Below, one piece after another: positions 1 to 10,080 of a stretch of DNA of 32,821 bases. The notes under the pieces were generated by a model. It saw nothing but the letters and a program-made list of their open reading frames with translations. It was not told the origin of the DNA and made no database searches. Source of the DNA: Toensbergia leucococca (lineage: Eukaryota). The DNA lies in the NCBI GenBank assembly GCA_022813965.1, contig JALDZS010000036.1:124001-156821 (forward strand), read 5' to 3'. Position numbers and translations under genes: made by a program. Each line of letters starts with the position of its first letter. Positions within the stretch are counted from its first letter, which is position 1.

Positions 1-998
1 GGAATCGACGGAGGTACCAACGAGAGGATGAGATGCTGTGGGGCATTGACGGCAGTGATCATGATCCTGCAGATGAATCACTTGAGCTTTCCGAGACACA
101 TAGATCAGGTGGGGCGGGTGGTGGCAGAACGGGAAACTATTATGTCGCAAGGAATCCAGCAGTCAATGATCTACATCCACCCATCGTGAGCACACATCCA
201 GCCCATCGAAGTGAGACAAAATGGATGCTGCAGCCACCACCGAGCGCAAAGATTATGGAAGGAAAGGAGAGAGCACAGATGAATAGAAGACGAAGTGGAA
301 GTGGAGGAAGTTATGGCAGTAGCAGAAAAAGTGGTATAAACATCAATTTAGGGAGGAGGATAGGCGAAAAAGCAATAGAGGAGAAGGTCAAGAAAGGTGA
401 ACGGCCACCGACTGCGAGCTCGGCGTCAATGATGAGCAGAGAGACGTCAAAAAAGAGCGAACGGCCCACCACTGCGCAAACAGTGTCGATGATGAGTAGG
501 GAGCCATCAAGAACGAGTACAATAACGGATGTCCAAGGCCAACCTCATGATAGAGATGCACGCTTGTCGAGTGAGTCAAGGTCCTCGGACTACTCACTCA
601 AAAAGCAACATCCCCCACCCATCACCATCTCCGAGGATACCAACCAGCGCTTTACCATACTACCCTCCAACGATTCGCCCTCAACCCCCTCCAAACCTCC
701 CCTCAAACCCCTTCCCCCGCACCTACGCCCCATTCTCCTCTCTACCTCCAGCGCCTCCTCTCTCCACATCCTCCAAGAACTCGTTTCTCCCTCAGCCCTA
801 AATCTCCGCTCCCGCTCCCCTCTCCCTGAATCCCGCATCAAACTCCCGCCTGCTAGCGAACAGGAAGACTGGGATCTGGCCCTGCCGGAATGCGAGAGCT
901 GGTTCCCAGGTCTGGATTTTCGCTTTCCTAATGGAGATGAGGGCGAGAATGAGCGGGGGGTGAGGGTGAGAGGTGGGAGGTGGAGTGCAGATTTCTGA
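1..998 (+). CDS. 3' part of a conserved Pezizomycotina hypothetical protein (truncated by the window edge)
   Basis: The frame is open from base 3 (NRRRYQREDEMLWG). It continues through YYVARNPAVNDLHPPIVS and ETKWMLQPPPSAKIMEGKER, motifs I recall from a conserved uncharacterised ascomycete family, and ends RWSADF-TGA at 998. Confidence 0.8.
   Translation, partial: NRRRYQREDEMLWGIDGSDHDPADESLELSETHRSGGAGGGRTGNYYVARNPAVNDLHPPIVSTHPAHRSETKWMLQPPPSAKIMEGKERAQMNRRRSGSGGSYGSSRKSGININLGRRIGEKAIEEKVKKGERPPTASSASMMSRETSKKSERPTTAQTVSMMSREPSRTSTITDVQGQPHDRDARLSSESRSSDYSLKKQHPPPITISEDTNQRFTILPSNDSPSTPSKPPLKPLPPHLRPILLSTSSASSLHILQELVSPSALNLRSRSPLPESRIKLPPASEQEDWDLALPECESWFPGLDFRFPNGDEGENERGVRVRGGRWSADF
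399..512 (+). repeat. In-frame 60-bp internal tandem duplication
   Basis: GAACGGCC...GATGAG occurs at 399 and 459 and encodes ERPPTASSASMMSRETS / ERPTTAQTVSMMSREPS. Confidence 0.8.
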
Positions 999-1324
999 GA
1001 GGGGAAAGGCTTTGTGTATATATGGCCTTGATCCACGAAGGCCCTGTTATCTTTGAAAATAGCCCTACTCGCCTTTGGTGCCTGTCCCTCTGGATTGCAT
1101 AGGGGGATCATTGGGGTGGCAAATCTGTGGCGTTTCTCGTATCATCGGCATGACCATGATATTCTTCTTTTTTCCTTCTTGTTTTGCATCGTCTAGGTTA
1201 CCCGGGTTTACGACACTTTCATGCACGGGGCGTCTTTATGTTTGAGATCTGATCTCTTTGAGCAATTCTTTTTTTTGTCGGCTAGGGGCATTTCAGCGGG
1301 CTGGTTTATGTATGGCGTGGGGCA

Positions 1325-1347
1325 TTTTTTTTTTTTTTTTTTTTTTT
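1325..1347. repeat. Poly(T) homopolymer, 23 nt
   Basis: Directly visible in the sequence. Confidence 0.95.
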
Positions 1348-1563
1348 ATGTTTGTGAAGGCTGTTTGCGAGTTGGATCATGTATATAGATGTAGGGGAGG
1401 GGAATAACGTGGGATAGCAAGACGACATTTTGTGACTTTGGGCTGTGTTTGGATTTAATAAATCTCAAACCCCTCCTTTCGGGTTCCCCTGCGACGATTG
1501 TGTAATGCGTTACTTTCAATTTCCACCCGGATCCTGGACTGTTGTTTGGCCATACCGTATAAT

Positions 1564-2135
1564 CTGTCATATAAGATGTGGTTGATTTACAAGATACTAC
1601 TGGAGTATAAGATATGGTTCCAAATCGACTTTTTGAGACAGAGGGTGTTTTGGTCCATAAGATATTATCTACTTGTAAGTGAGGGGGGCGTGCTCAGGTA
1701 CGTATTTCACCTCCCCTTCCTCATCCTCACTGACTGACTCATACTCATCCTTATCGTCAGTGTCAAATACCTGAACCTCCTCCCCCTCTTCATCCTTCTT
1801 TCTTTTTTTTCTCCCCTTCCTCCTCCTCATTCTCATCTCCTGACTCACAACTGATTTGTCTCTTCAGGTGCTTTTAGTTCAGTCTCTCTTGAAAAAAAAA
1901 ACCGAAGTTTAATTGTCAATTTAGTCTGTCCCTTTGAGGGAATATGAGGTGAAGCTAGGACTAAGTAGATGTGTAAAGATGGGGCGGGGATGTGTTGAGG
2001 AGGTTGGTAGTGAGTATAATGAACTTTTTAAGTGAATGTATTGATTCTTAGCTCAGACCTCACCTGAGGAACTGTGTATAAGACCTGGTTTGTTTGTAGG
2101 ATACTACTGAAGTATAAGATATGATTTTGATTGAC
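1564..2135 (+). repeat. Diverged ~65-bp direct repeat pair (1564-1629 and 2072-2135)
   Basis: Shared core GATACTACTG(G/A)AGTATAAGATATG(G/A)TT, with flanking TATAAGA..TGGTT and terminal T(C/T)GAC. Most differences are transitions. Confidence 0.7.
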
Positions 2136-3323
2136 CTTCAGATGATGAATGAACTGTAAGACTAGTATCTTGTATGACAGATTATACAGTATTCAAAGAA
2201 CCGCTTCTTTTTACCCTGGTGCTTGGTCCGTGTTTACCCTTTTTGCGCGTTGAGAGAGGGTTGAGTGAGTGTTTGAAGGTTGTGCTTTGTTTTTTTATTC
2301 CTTTTTTTTCCCTTGATCCTTTTTTTTTGCTTTCATGAATGTGAGATGTGAGTCTGTGAGTTTGTTATTCAACTCATATAAAGAGTCAGTCACATTCTTT
2401 GTATAAGTTATTCTAAACAAGGCAAGTTAACAAACTTTTATCTTAATCTTATTTCTATTCTTATCTTGTAAACACAAAATTTCAACTGAGACACAGTATA
2501 TCATCTACAATAATTTAAAAATCATCAAGAGAGTTAGTAAAAAAAGGGAGCATAATGAACAGAATCAAAGATAAAATCTCAGGTATTAGATTAAGAGATG
2601 TTGAGAGATTCATGTGTTATTGTTGCTTTTACTGTGTGAATGATGAGACCTTAAGTTTCTTTGCACTGTTTTTTCTTTGTTAGTTGAGAGGGATTGGGAG
2701 AGGAGAGGAGGAAAGGGAAAAGAGAGGGTTGTGAACGAAGGATGTGGTTGAAGATGTTTTCTGGGCATGAAGGTTTTGAAGAAAAGAAAAGAGAAGAGAT
2801 TGAGTGAGGTGAGGATGAGAAAAAGAGAAGAAGAGTTGAAGAGAAGGGGCTAGGGGACAGGGGTGTGACGCACAAACCGGGTGGGTGGTGGGATTGAGGG
2901 AATACCGTTCAGGGAACAAGGCGCCGAATCCAAGGTTACACCATGAAACATAAAAAAGGGAACCCATCAGTTCCCCCAGCCCAGCGAACAGATAATTCAA
3001 GGCATCAATCAAATCTCACTCAATTCAAGCATCCACCCCTCCAAAAAAAATGGGGGAGGGTGGGGCAGAAAAAAACCACCATTTGATTTTTTCCAATTCG
3101 TGAGGTTTTCTTTGTCTCTTAATCACATCATTGGGGGAAACGCCGTTATTCTAAGCTCCCACAACATGTCCTCTCCTACGATCGACCCAGTTGAAGTGTC
3201 GCCTAGAGATCTCATCAGAAACTTAAATCGAGTTTCTTATCTTTTTGAAAAGAAAGGGTATGGGTATTTTTCGCTGAGGTTGGCTCGGTCTGTTTGAGGA
3301 AGGAGAGGGGGGGTGTGTGTATG

Positions 3324-4539
3324 TTAGTAGACTTTTTTCTTTTCGTCGACGCTGAATTGGCCGGGACCCATGTTTACTAGGAGGAGGAGTCCGCCGCTGT
3401 GGGTGGTGATTAGGGTTAGTTTTTGGGAGTGTTTGGGGGGGCCCTTGAAAGAGGGAGTCTTACACTATGGAGAGAATTTGGAAAAAGTCGTATTTGGCGA
3501 AATCCTTGTGCGGGTGGTGGGGGTGTAACTAAGTTTTCCATCAGTATACAAATCTCTATCTTCAGGCATGCAATCAGGGATGGAAAGCAGAAGGTCTTAC
3601 CGTCCAGAAGTTATTGACCAACAGATTGAAAATGCTCAATATGAACACAAGCATGACAGCACTCCACTTTGCCTTGAACCCCACCACCACCATCACACAA
3701 GCCACAAACCCAAACAAACTGACAACCACCCTCCCAAAACCCCAATCCCCCGCAAACACAAAGCCCACAAACAGAAAAATCAGCAGCACCCTCCCCGCAA
3801 GCTGGAAATACATCTTCCGATCCCTCTCTTCCATTTGCGGCAACCCAGCAAAAGCGAACTTCTTGCGCGCCCAGGAATCACTTAGGACCATCAAAAGCCC
3901 GCCCATAACGCTAATGTTGCGTAGAAAGAAGTTGAGGTCGAAGATGAGGCCGTAGCCGAAAGCTTGGGCAATGACGACGGTGATGAGACCAACTACAGCG
4001 CCGAGGGAGAATTTGCGGATGATGATGAGGACTGAGCATGCGATCATGATGCAGACATTGAGGAAAAGGAATAGGTGGGTTAAACCCCAAGGTACTGGGA
4101 GGATCGAGTTAGGGAGAGGGAAGCAGAGGGGCGTGGTTGGTGATGAGAGATGCACTCACTATGTCGGTAGTCTTTGAGGTAGAGTAACTGATCATTCCAT
4201 TGGGTCATGATTCGAAGGGCATCTTCAAGGAATGTGACGACGATCAAGAACCGACCTATCGCTGGTAGATATCTGCATTGAAAGGTCGCCGTGGTCAGCC
4301 ATATTTACTCGGCATTTCCTTGAAGAAACGGTGTCCCCAACACCGTGAAAGCGCACGGCAAGAGAGACTCACGGTTTCACAGGCTCCGACAAGGTATCCA
4401 GCCAATCCTCAATTTTACTCGTCTGCTCACGTATAGCGTCAAGAGGACTGGGATCGTTGGTAGCGTCTGCCCTTCCTGGTCCACTGAAACGGTTTTGAGC
4501 ACCAAGGTTGTAGCCCGCCGTCCCACGTATTTGTGACAT
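3324..4539 (-). CDS. ERV29: SURF4/Erv29 ER-to-Golgi cargo receptor, 5 exons (4373-4539, 4160-4272, 3601-4094, 3464-3528, 3324-3396), 303 aa
   Basis: The spliced product reads MSQIRGTAGYNLG...KPYLPAIGRFLIVVTFLEDALRI...FFLRNISVMGGLLMVLSDS...[38 protein letters not shown]. It carries a C-terminal dilysine ER-retrieval signal. All introns are GT-AG and frame-consistent. Confidence 0.96.
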
Positions 4540-5372
4540 TATTGCTGCTCATGCGACAGGGAAAAAAGTGTGGCGGGATCAGAGAATCAAGAGGGACTTG
4601 AGACTGTAGTTGGAAAAGAGGAGAAGAGGAGGAGAAGAGGAGAGGGGGTGTATATGCGGTTATGCGACATGGAAAAATGGAAGAAGAAGAAGACACGCTT
4701 TAGAATAAGCTTGCATGCCACCGGAACCAACCCGCAGCCGGAAGAACATATCACCGACATGAGAACTTAGGGCAAGCCTTGCAGAGGTCCTGATCGGGAG
4801 AAAGACTGCAAGTGATCCACAATGTTCAACCTTAGAACAAGCACCTTGTTTTCATTTCATGTTCGTTGTACAACATTTGTTTCGAGCTCAAGGTAAAAAA
4901 TGGCTGATAGGCTTCGTTATGCATTTCCTGAAGAGAGTAAGAGAACATGCCCTTCTATTGTTATCTTGAGTACGCAAGCGCTCCGCTTAGCCATAAGGGC
5001 AGTGAGCATTGGTGAACTGTAGACTTCTAAATGCCTAGATGTCGTTTCAATGAAAGCTATCAGTACACTAGGTAGCACGCAATGCAGGTCCTTCCCCTAT
5101 CCTATCGCCGGGAGCAGTAGCAATACATGTTGTACAATTCTGATCATCACAATTGCAAACCAGCTGATGCATTTGTACGCCGATGCATGCCCTTCCCGCA
5201 TACCCATGCAGAACTTTTCTCATTGAAAGGAACCAGACCGCAAAGTCACGTCTTGTCTGGAATCAGAATGAAGACGTGGTGGAAGAATCGACGTCTAGAA
5301 GAAACTTAGTCTGCGATTCCCGTAAGTGAATCGAGCCTTACTGGGGCGTCAAGCTCACAAACCATGTAAAAT

Positions 5373-6725
5373 CTACACGACCGCCCAATCAGAGTCGTTT
5401 GGATGCCCGGTAAGAGCATATGGAAAGTCGGGATTGTGGACCGGAGGCTTCTGTTGGTTCTGCGCGCTACCTGCGTCGCTACTCTCACTACCTTGAACCT
5501 CTACGCTTGAAGAATCAACTTTGACAGCTTTCTTCTTGGTCTTTCTACCTTTCTCGACCGTATTCCAGCCGCCGTTTTCCATTTCATTCAGCATTCTCAT
5601 CTGTTCTTCTTCAGAAGGCACATCACGGTCCCAAACTTTCCCTCCTGCAGACATATCTTTGATTACACTGGACTTTGTATGGGTAGCCGATGGGGTGTTC
5701 TCATCGAACGTGTCGAGCAAAGGAGCGTCTTTTACTTCTGCCAGTGCAGTGGGTCCTTCCGCTGCGGACTTCCCCCATGCCTTTGTAGTTGGCTGTTTGG
5801 AGGAGACCACTCCGTTCTTTGCCGGCCTTCCTTCAGCCTCTCTCGCAGTCCGAAGCTGCTTCTCTAGAAGTATACGTCTCTCCTTCTCCGCTTGCTCCCG
5901 TGCCAGCTTCTTCTCTTCGTTCTTTTGCCGATTTTGTCTCTGCTTCTTTGTCTCCTGGACTTGAGTCGCCTTTTGCTGCTTTGGCTGAGCGACGCGTTGA
6001 GGTCCGGTAGGCTCGGTCAAACGAAGAATAGAAGGCCCAGCTGCTGGCTTTTTGAGCATATCGGTAACGTCCCCTGGGCCTTTGGACCCCTCAGTGGCGC
6101 CAAAGATAGGTGACACGGCAGGCGACAAGTCATCGTCAGCATCTCCTGCTGTCGATGATGCCGTGGACATGTGCGAGCTTAAAGCAACATTACCTTCGGC
6201 AGTCGCATTCTTCGATGACTCTATTGGAGCTGTGTTGGAATTTCCTTGCTTGTTGGTTTTGAAAGCTCCCCCACTCTTGGTCGGCGCATTCAAAGAAGTC
6301 CCAGTTTTCAAGCCCGAGAGTTGTTTCGCAAATTCCTTATTGTCCAAACCCTCCTCTCGATCGTCTGCGATGTCTAAATCCACTTCAGTCTCGTTGTTCA
6401 CTTCGGTAGCAAAATTCTTGGCCAGCTGGCTGGGTTGTGATTTCCCTCCTTTGCGCTTCTTAGCACGTTCGGCTCCACTTCCGGGAAGAGACGTTGAAGA
6501 CAGGTCGGCAGCATCACTCGCAAATTGGTCCGAAGCACCAGAAGTGGTCTCTTTCGTTCGTCCTCCCTTACTGCCGTTCCGCGATCGCGATGTACGAGCT
6601 TGAGCCTGTTCGGAGCTAAAAGGGACTCGACCAGGCCCACGCTTGGCTTTATACTGATTGCTGTAATACCAGTATGCCCCGGCAGTAGCAAAGCCAAGCA
6701 CAGTCCAGCTTTGCCAAGGCTCCAT
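5373..6725 (-). CDS. Conserved fungal hypothetical protein, 450 aa, with an N-terminal membrane anchor and a central coiled coil
   Basis: Single long ORF. It has an N-terminal hydrophobic segment (WQSWTVLGFATAGAYWYY), a charged coiled coil (ETKKQRQNRQKNEEKKLAREQAEKERRILLEKQLRTAREAEGRPAKNG), and the motifs STAGDADDDLSP and PSEEEQMRML. Confidence 0.85.
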   Translation of the reverse strand: MEPWQSWTVLGFATAGAYWYYSNQYKAKRGPGRVPFSSEQAQARTSRSRNGSKGGRTKETTSGASDQFASDAADLSSTSLPGSGAERAKKRKGGKSQPSQLAKNFATEVNNETEVDLDIADDREEGLDNKEFAKQLSGLKTGTSLNAPTKSGGAFKTNKQGNSNTAPIESSKNATAEGNVALSSHMSTASSTAGDADDDLSPAVSPIFGATEGSKGPGDVTDMLKKPAAGPSILRLTEPTGPQRVAQPKQQKATQVQETKKQRQNRQKNEEKKLAREQAEKERRILLEKQLRTAREAEGRPAKNGVVSSKQPTTKAWGKSAAEGPTALAEVKDAPLLDTFDENTPSATHTKSSVIKDMSAGGKVWDRDVPSEEEQMRMLNEMENGGWNTVEKGRKTKKKAVKVDSSSVEVQGSESSDAGSAQNQQKPPVHNPDFPYALTGHPNDSDWAVV

Positions 6726-7935
6726 GACGGCAAGATACGGAGAATTTGTGGTGAAGTGATTTCTGAAATAACTGAACGTCGTTTAGGATATCGAAGTAAG
6801 AAAGATAGCAAGGAGACAGGTTGGGTGATCACAGACTTCCCGTGATCAAGGACGAACTGAGTACAGTACTCGCCCCCGAAAGCTTGCCAGATTGAGCGAA
6901 TGTATTAAAGAGGACGGAAATGAACGTGTTGAGGGTAGACGCAAGGGGGGAGGTCCCGACTCCGAATCAAAGGCCAGGCTTCAGCCCCGATTGAATGCTT
7001 CCTGTGCTTCCACGCCAATGAAAGATTCCGAGTATCTCACGGTGTCGGTATCTTTGTTCGTTGACATAGGAGTATCGAGAAGGTATGGGCTAGAATTTGG
7101 GTGTGATGTTATGACTCGTTGGTCTAAAGCAAGAACAGAAAGGCTCGCAATTCCTATAAACAAGCACACTTCGGAGGGATGATTTAACGAGAAAGTGGTG
7201 GTCGTGGCAAATGAGCGGACGTCAAAATACGGAGTAGTGAACAATTCACACTGACGAAAGGACCCAATTATCGTCACGCGGAGGATTCCAATTCATGCCG
7301 GCTCTGTCCATTTGTGGTTTAGTTTCACGGTTGACTGCAAATCAAGCTTCTAGAGGCCGACAGTCCGGAACTTTGGAGATCCGCCACTTGTGGCTACGAG
7401 TACTCTCTGTGTCTCTATCTACAAATTACAATTAGGTACTCAAGATTCTTGAAAGCTTGACACTCGGTTATCAGTTCGACGTGGCATTCATTCGCAAGAG
7501 CAAAGAACTACACACTTGCAAAGAAAGCAGAAGAAACGAAGGCCGGTATTCTATTCTAGTGAAGATCTTGCGCTTCAAGTTCAGCTGGAAATTACCCGTA
7601 TTATTTCAATTCTCAACGGCTACATTGCCCATGTCACCCCACTCTTTTCTCATTGTAACTTTACGGCAAGTCTTCGTTTCCATAGCCTAGGATTGGACAG
7701 TATATTCAATTGCCTAGGCGTGTCATGACAAGCGAGAGCTAGCTATCTTCTAGCTACACCGTCGTTGTACGAGTACTTATTGGTTCCAACGTGATGCCAA
7801 CAACGATATGAAAATGAACATGAGCATGTGTGGCATACTTTGTTGATTTCTCTTTGTGCGACATATCTAAAGCCATGAACAATTCGGCTGCGCACTTTGT
7901 TTACTCGGCAGCCCGAAATTCGTAATCCCGCTGCA

Positions 7936-9039
7936 ATGGCTCTGTATCACAAACATCACGCTCTTGGGGTACCGAGGACCAGTTACATATCCAATTGGAG
8001 GAAAGCGGTGTTTCTCGGTGCTTTGATCCTCGCCCTCTACACTATTTCCCAGGTGCCGAGGCTGTCTCCGGACAGCAGACCCCGAGCTGTGGAGTTCATC
8101 TCCGAAGAGACTTACCACTTCTGGGAACGATACTGGACCCACATCCTCGCAGCTCCCCCACCCTGTCCCCCGCCAAACCGTCCCGACGGGAGGCCAGCGA
8201 GGAACAGATGGAATGAGCGCTTGAAAAAAGGACTCGAGAGCTCGAGTCTCATAGGAATGTCGTATGTCGTCGGAGCATGTATCCCAAATGCACGAAGCTC
8301 ATTCGCAATTTGTGCAGCACATCTCTTCTCCCCAAGCTCTGATTCCTCCCTACATCCTGGGAACCCGTGGAATCGTGACCACGGTAGGGGACATATATAT
8401 GCCCCTGCTAATAGTGTCCATGAGAATGCTCTGCGAAACTGGCTCGTAGCTTCCTGTTGAGCTATGGTTTGCTACTGCGAGCGAATTTGAACATGAACTT
8501 CGCTCCGGTATCTTGATCGATCTCAACACCCGATGCCTGATCCTACAAGACGTGTTAGAAACTGGAGCACTGTTCCAGTCTGAAGAACAAAGAAAAGTCA
8601 TGAATGAGACAGTGTATACCCCAAGTCCAGGCATTAAAGTACTCGGTTACTTCAAAATGGGCGAGTTCCATGGCATTGCAAGCCTCCGCGTCGATCCCGG
8701 GGACGACTTCAATTTAACAGTAAGGGGCATTCCACAAACGGAGTAGAACAAGCGAATAGAGTCACTAAGAACCCCCGAGCGCTCTTCGTGCATACAACTG
8801 ACGTACACATGAAGCTAAATGCCCACAGTATGGCATATTCGCCGCATAATGGACGTATGTGGGAAAATTGGCAGACGGAGACTATGGACTAGTTGGGATG
8901 GGACGTGGAGAAGGAGGTGTGGGAGCAGATTCTGTGTACGGCATGTGAGCCTAAGCTTTCCTTCCGGAGCTGGAGGGCAGACAGGGGCATATGCGGGATT
9001 AATAGGATGAAATGGCGGAAATCTTTTGGAAAGAGCTGA
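7936..9039 (+). pseudogene. MNN2-like alpha-1,2-mannosyltransferase (GT71) pseudogene
   Basis: Recognisable parts: a type II TM anchor (AVFLGALILALYTISQV); TRGIVTTVGDIYMPLLIVSMRMLCETGS*LPVELWF...LNTRCLILQDVL; and C-terminal PRALFVH...GWDVEKEVWEQILCTACE...GIC. Lesions: a 7-bp duplication frameshift at 8257-8270, in-frame TAG at 8447-8449 and ~8890, another frameshift near 8750-8770, and no DxD catalytic core visible. Confidence 0.82.
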
Positions 9040-10080
9040 GTGTTTCGGGAGCGCATTCATCGTTCTCATATGGATATCTTATTCCCATCTATCGTCCCAT
9101 GGCCTCACTTTGTATCGAGTAATTCTCAACAAGCGGCGGCGAACAAAGATTTCTCACTCAATCATTTGTTCAGGAAACATTTGGAGCGTGAAATAGTTGG
9201 GCTCAGCAGGCTGAACATATGAGGCAAGTATGAGTCTTGCGTTGGGCACCTCCTAAACTTCGTCAAGATGTACTCAATATTGTATCGCGGTATTTGGACC
9301 TTAGGAACATGGCCGGTGGCACTCCAGATGTCCTGTGTTCGTCACTTTATCCGTGTGTAATGGGGCGGCCATTCTGATCAAGAGTACTTAGATGACAAGT
9401 TACTAGACTTTTGATGAGGGAAACAAGGCATGTATGTAATACGACAAACATTGTGTTCGTACTCCGTAGGCTTGGATGTTATATTGAGGAAGGACGGCAG
9501 CCTCGAAGGCATCCTTTATCAAACAAGCGCCCACTGTGCATCGTAGTTCAATGGGTCGTTCGCTTCGTGCAGCTATTCTACTAGAAGATGAAGAGTGAAG
9601 GATTTTGCCAGCGCGGCTGAGCGAGCCAGCCTCGCCAGGCACCAGGCTACCATTAATCATTAGGAGGGGGAGTGGGGGCGAGAAATCATTCACCAATTGC
9701 CTGTTTTTGATGGGAGAATAGAATAGGGCTGAAACCCGGCAATGATTTCTCACTTCCCCTGTCTATTCTACCACCCGTTCTGGGCGAAGTCAAATCTCGG
9801 TCTATGCAAGTCTAGCTCCACAAAAGCACACCACGTCCAAGATGGACCAATTGCAAGAAGCCACACTATGAGAACCCCACTCAGCGAGACAGCTATCTTG
9901 CATCATCAGCATGTATGGCGTCCGTGATCAACACCAAGTTGCCTTTCTGGTGATAGGGAATGGCGACCCTCCATCACCCAAGGCTGAGGCTGAAAACCCG
10001 CCGATTGCCCTTATATCCGCACTTTATCCTTGGTCCCCTCCTCGAAGGTTCGCGCCGACAAATATTGTCCCTGGCTTACA

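Noticed and set aside
2651..3012. Short minus-strand ORFs rich in S/L/F/P
   Set aside because: They arise from a purine-rich low-complexity tract and show no splice or homology support.
3408..3420. TTAGGGTTAG telomere-like sequence
   Set aside because: Fewer than two units, and it is the reverse complement of the CTAAC branch region of an ERV29 intron.
5521..6603. Plus-strand ORFs of 147 and 183 aa
   Set aside because: They are antisense to the 450-aa gene and show mirror-codon composition.
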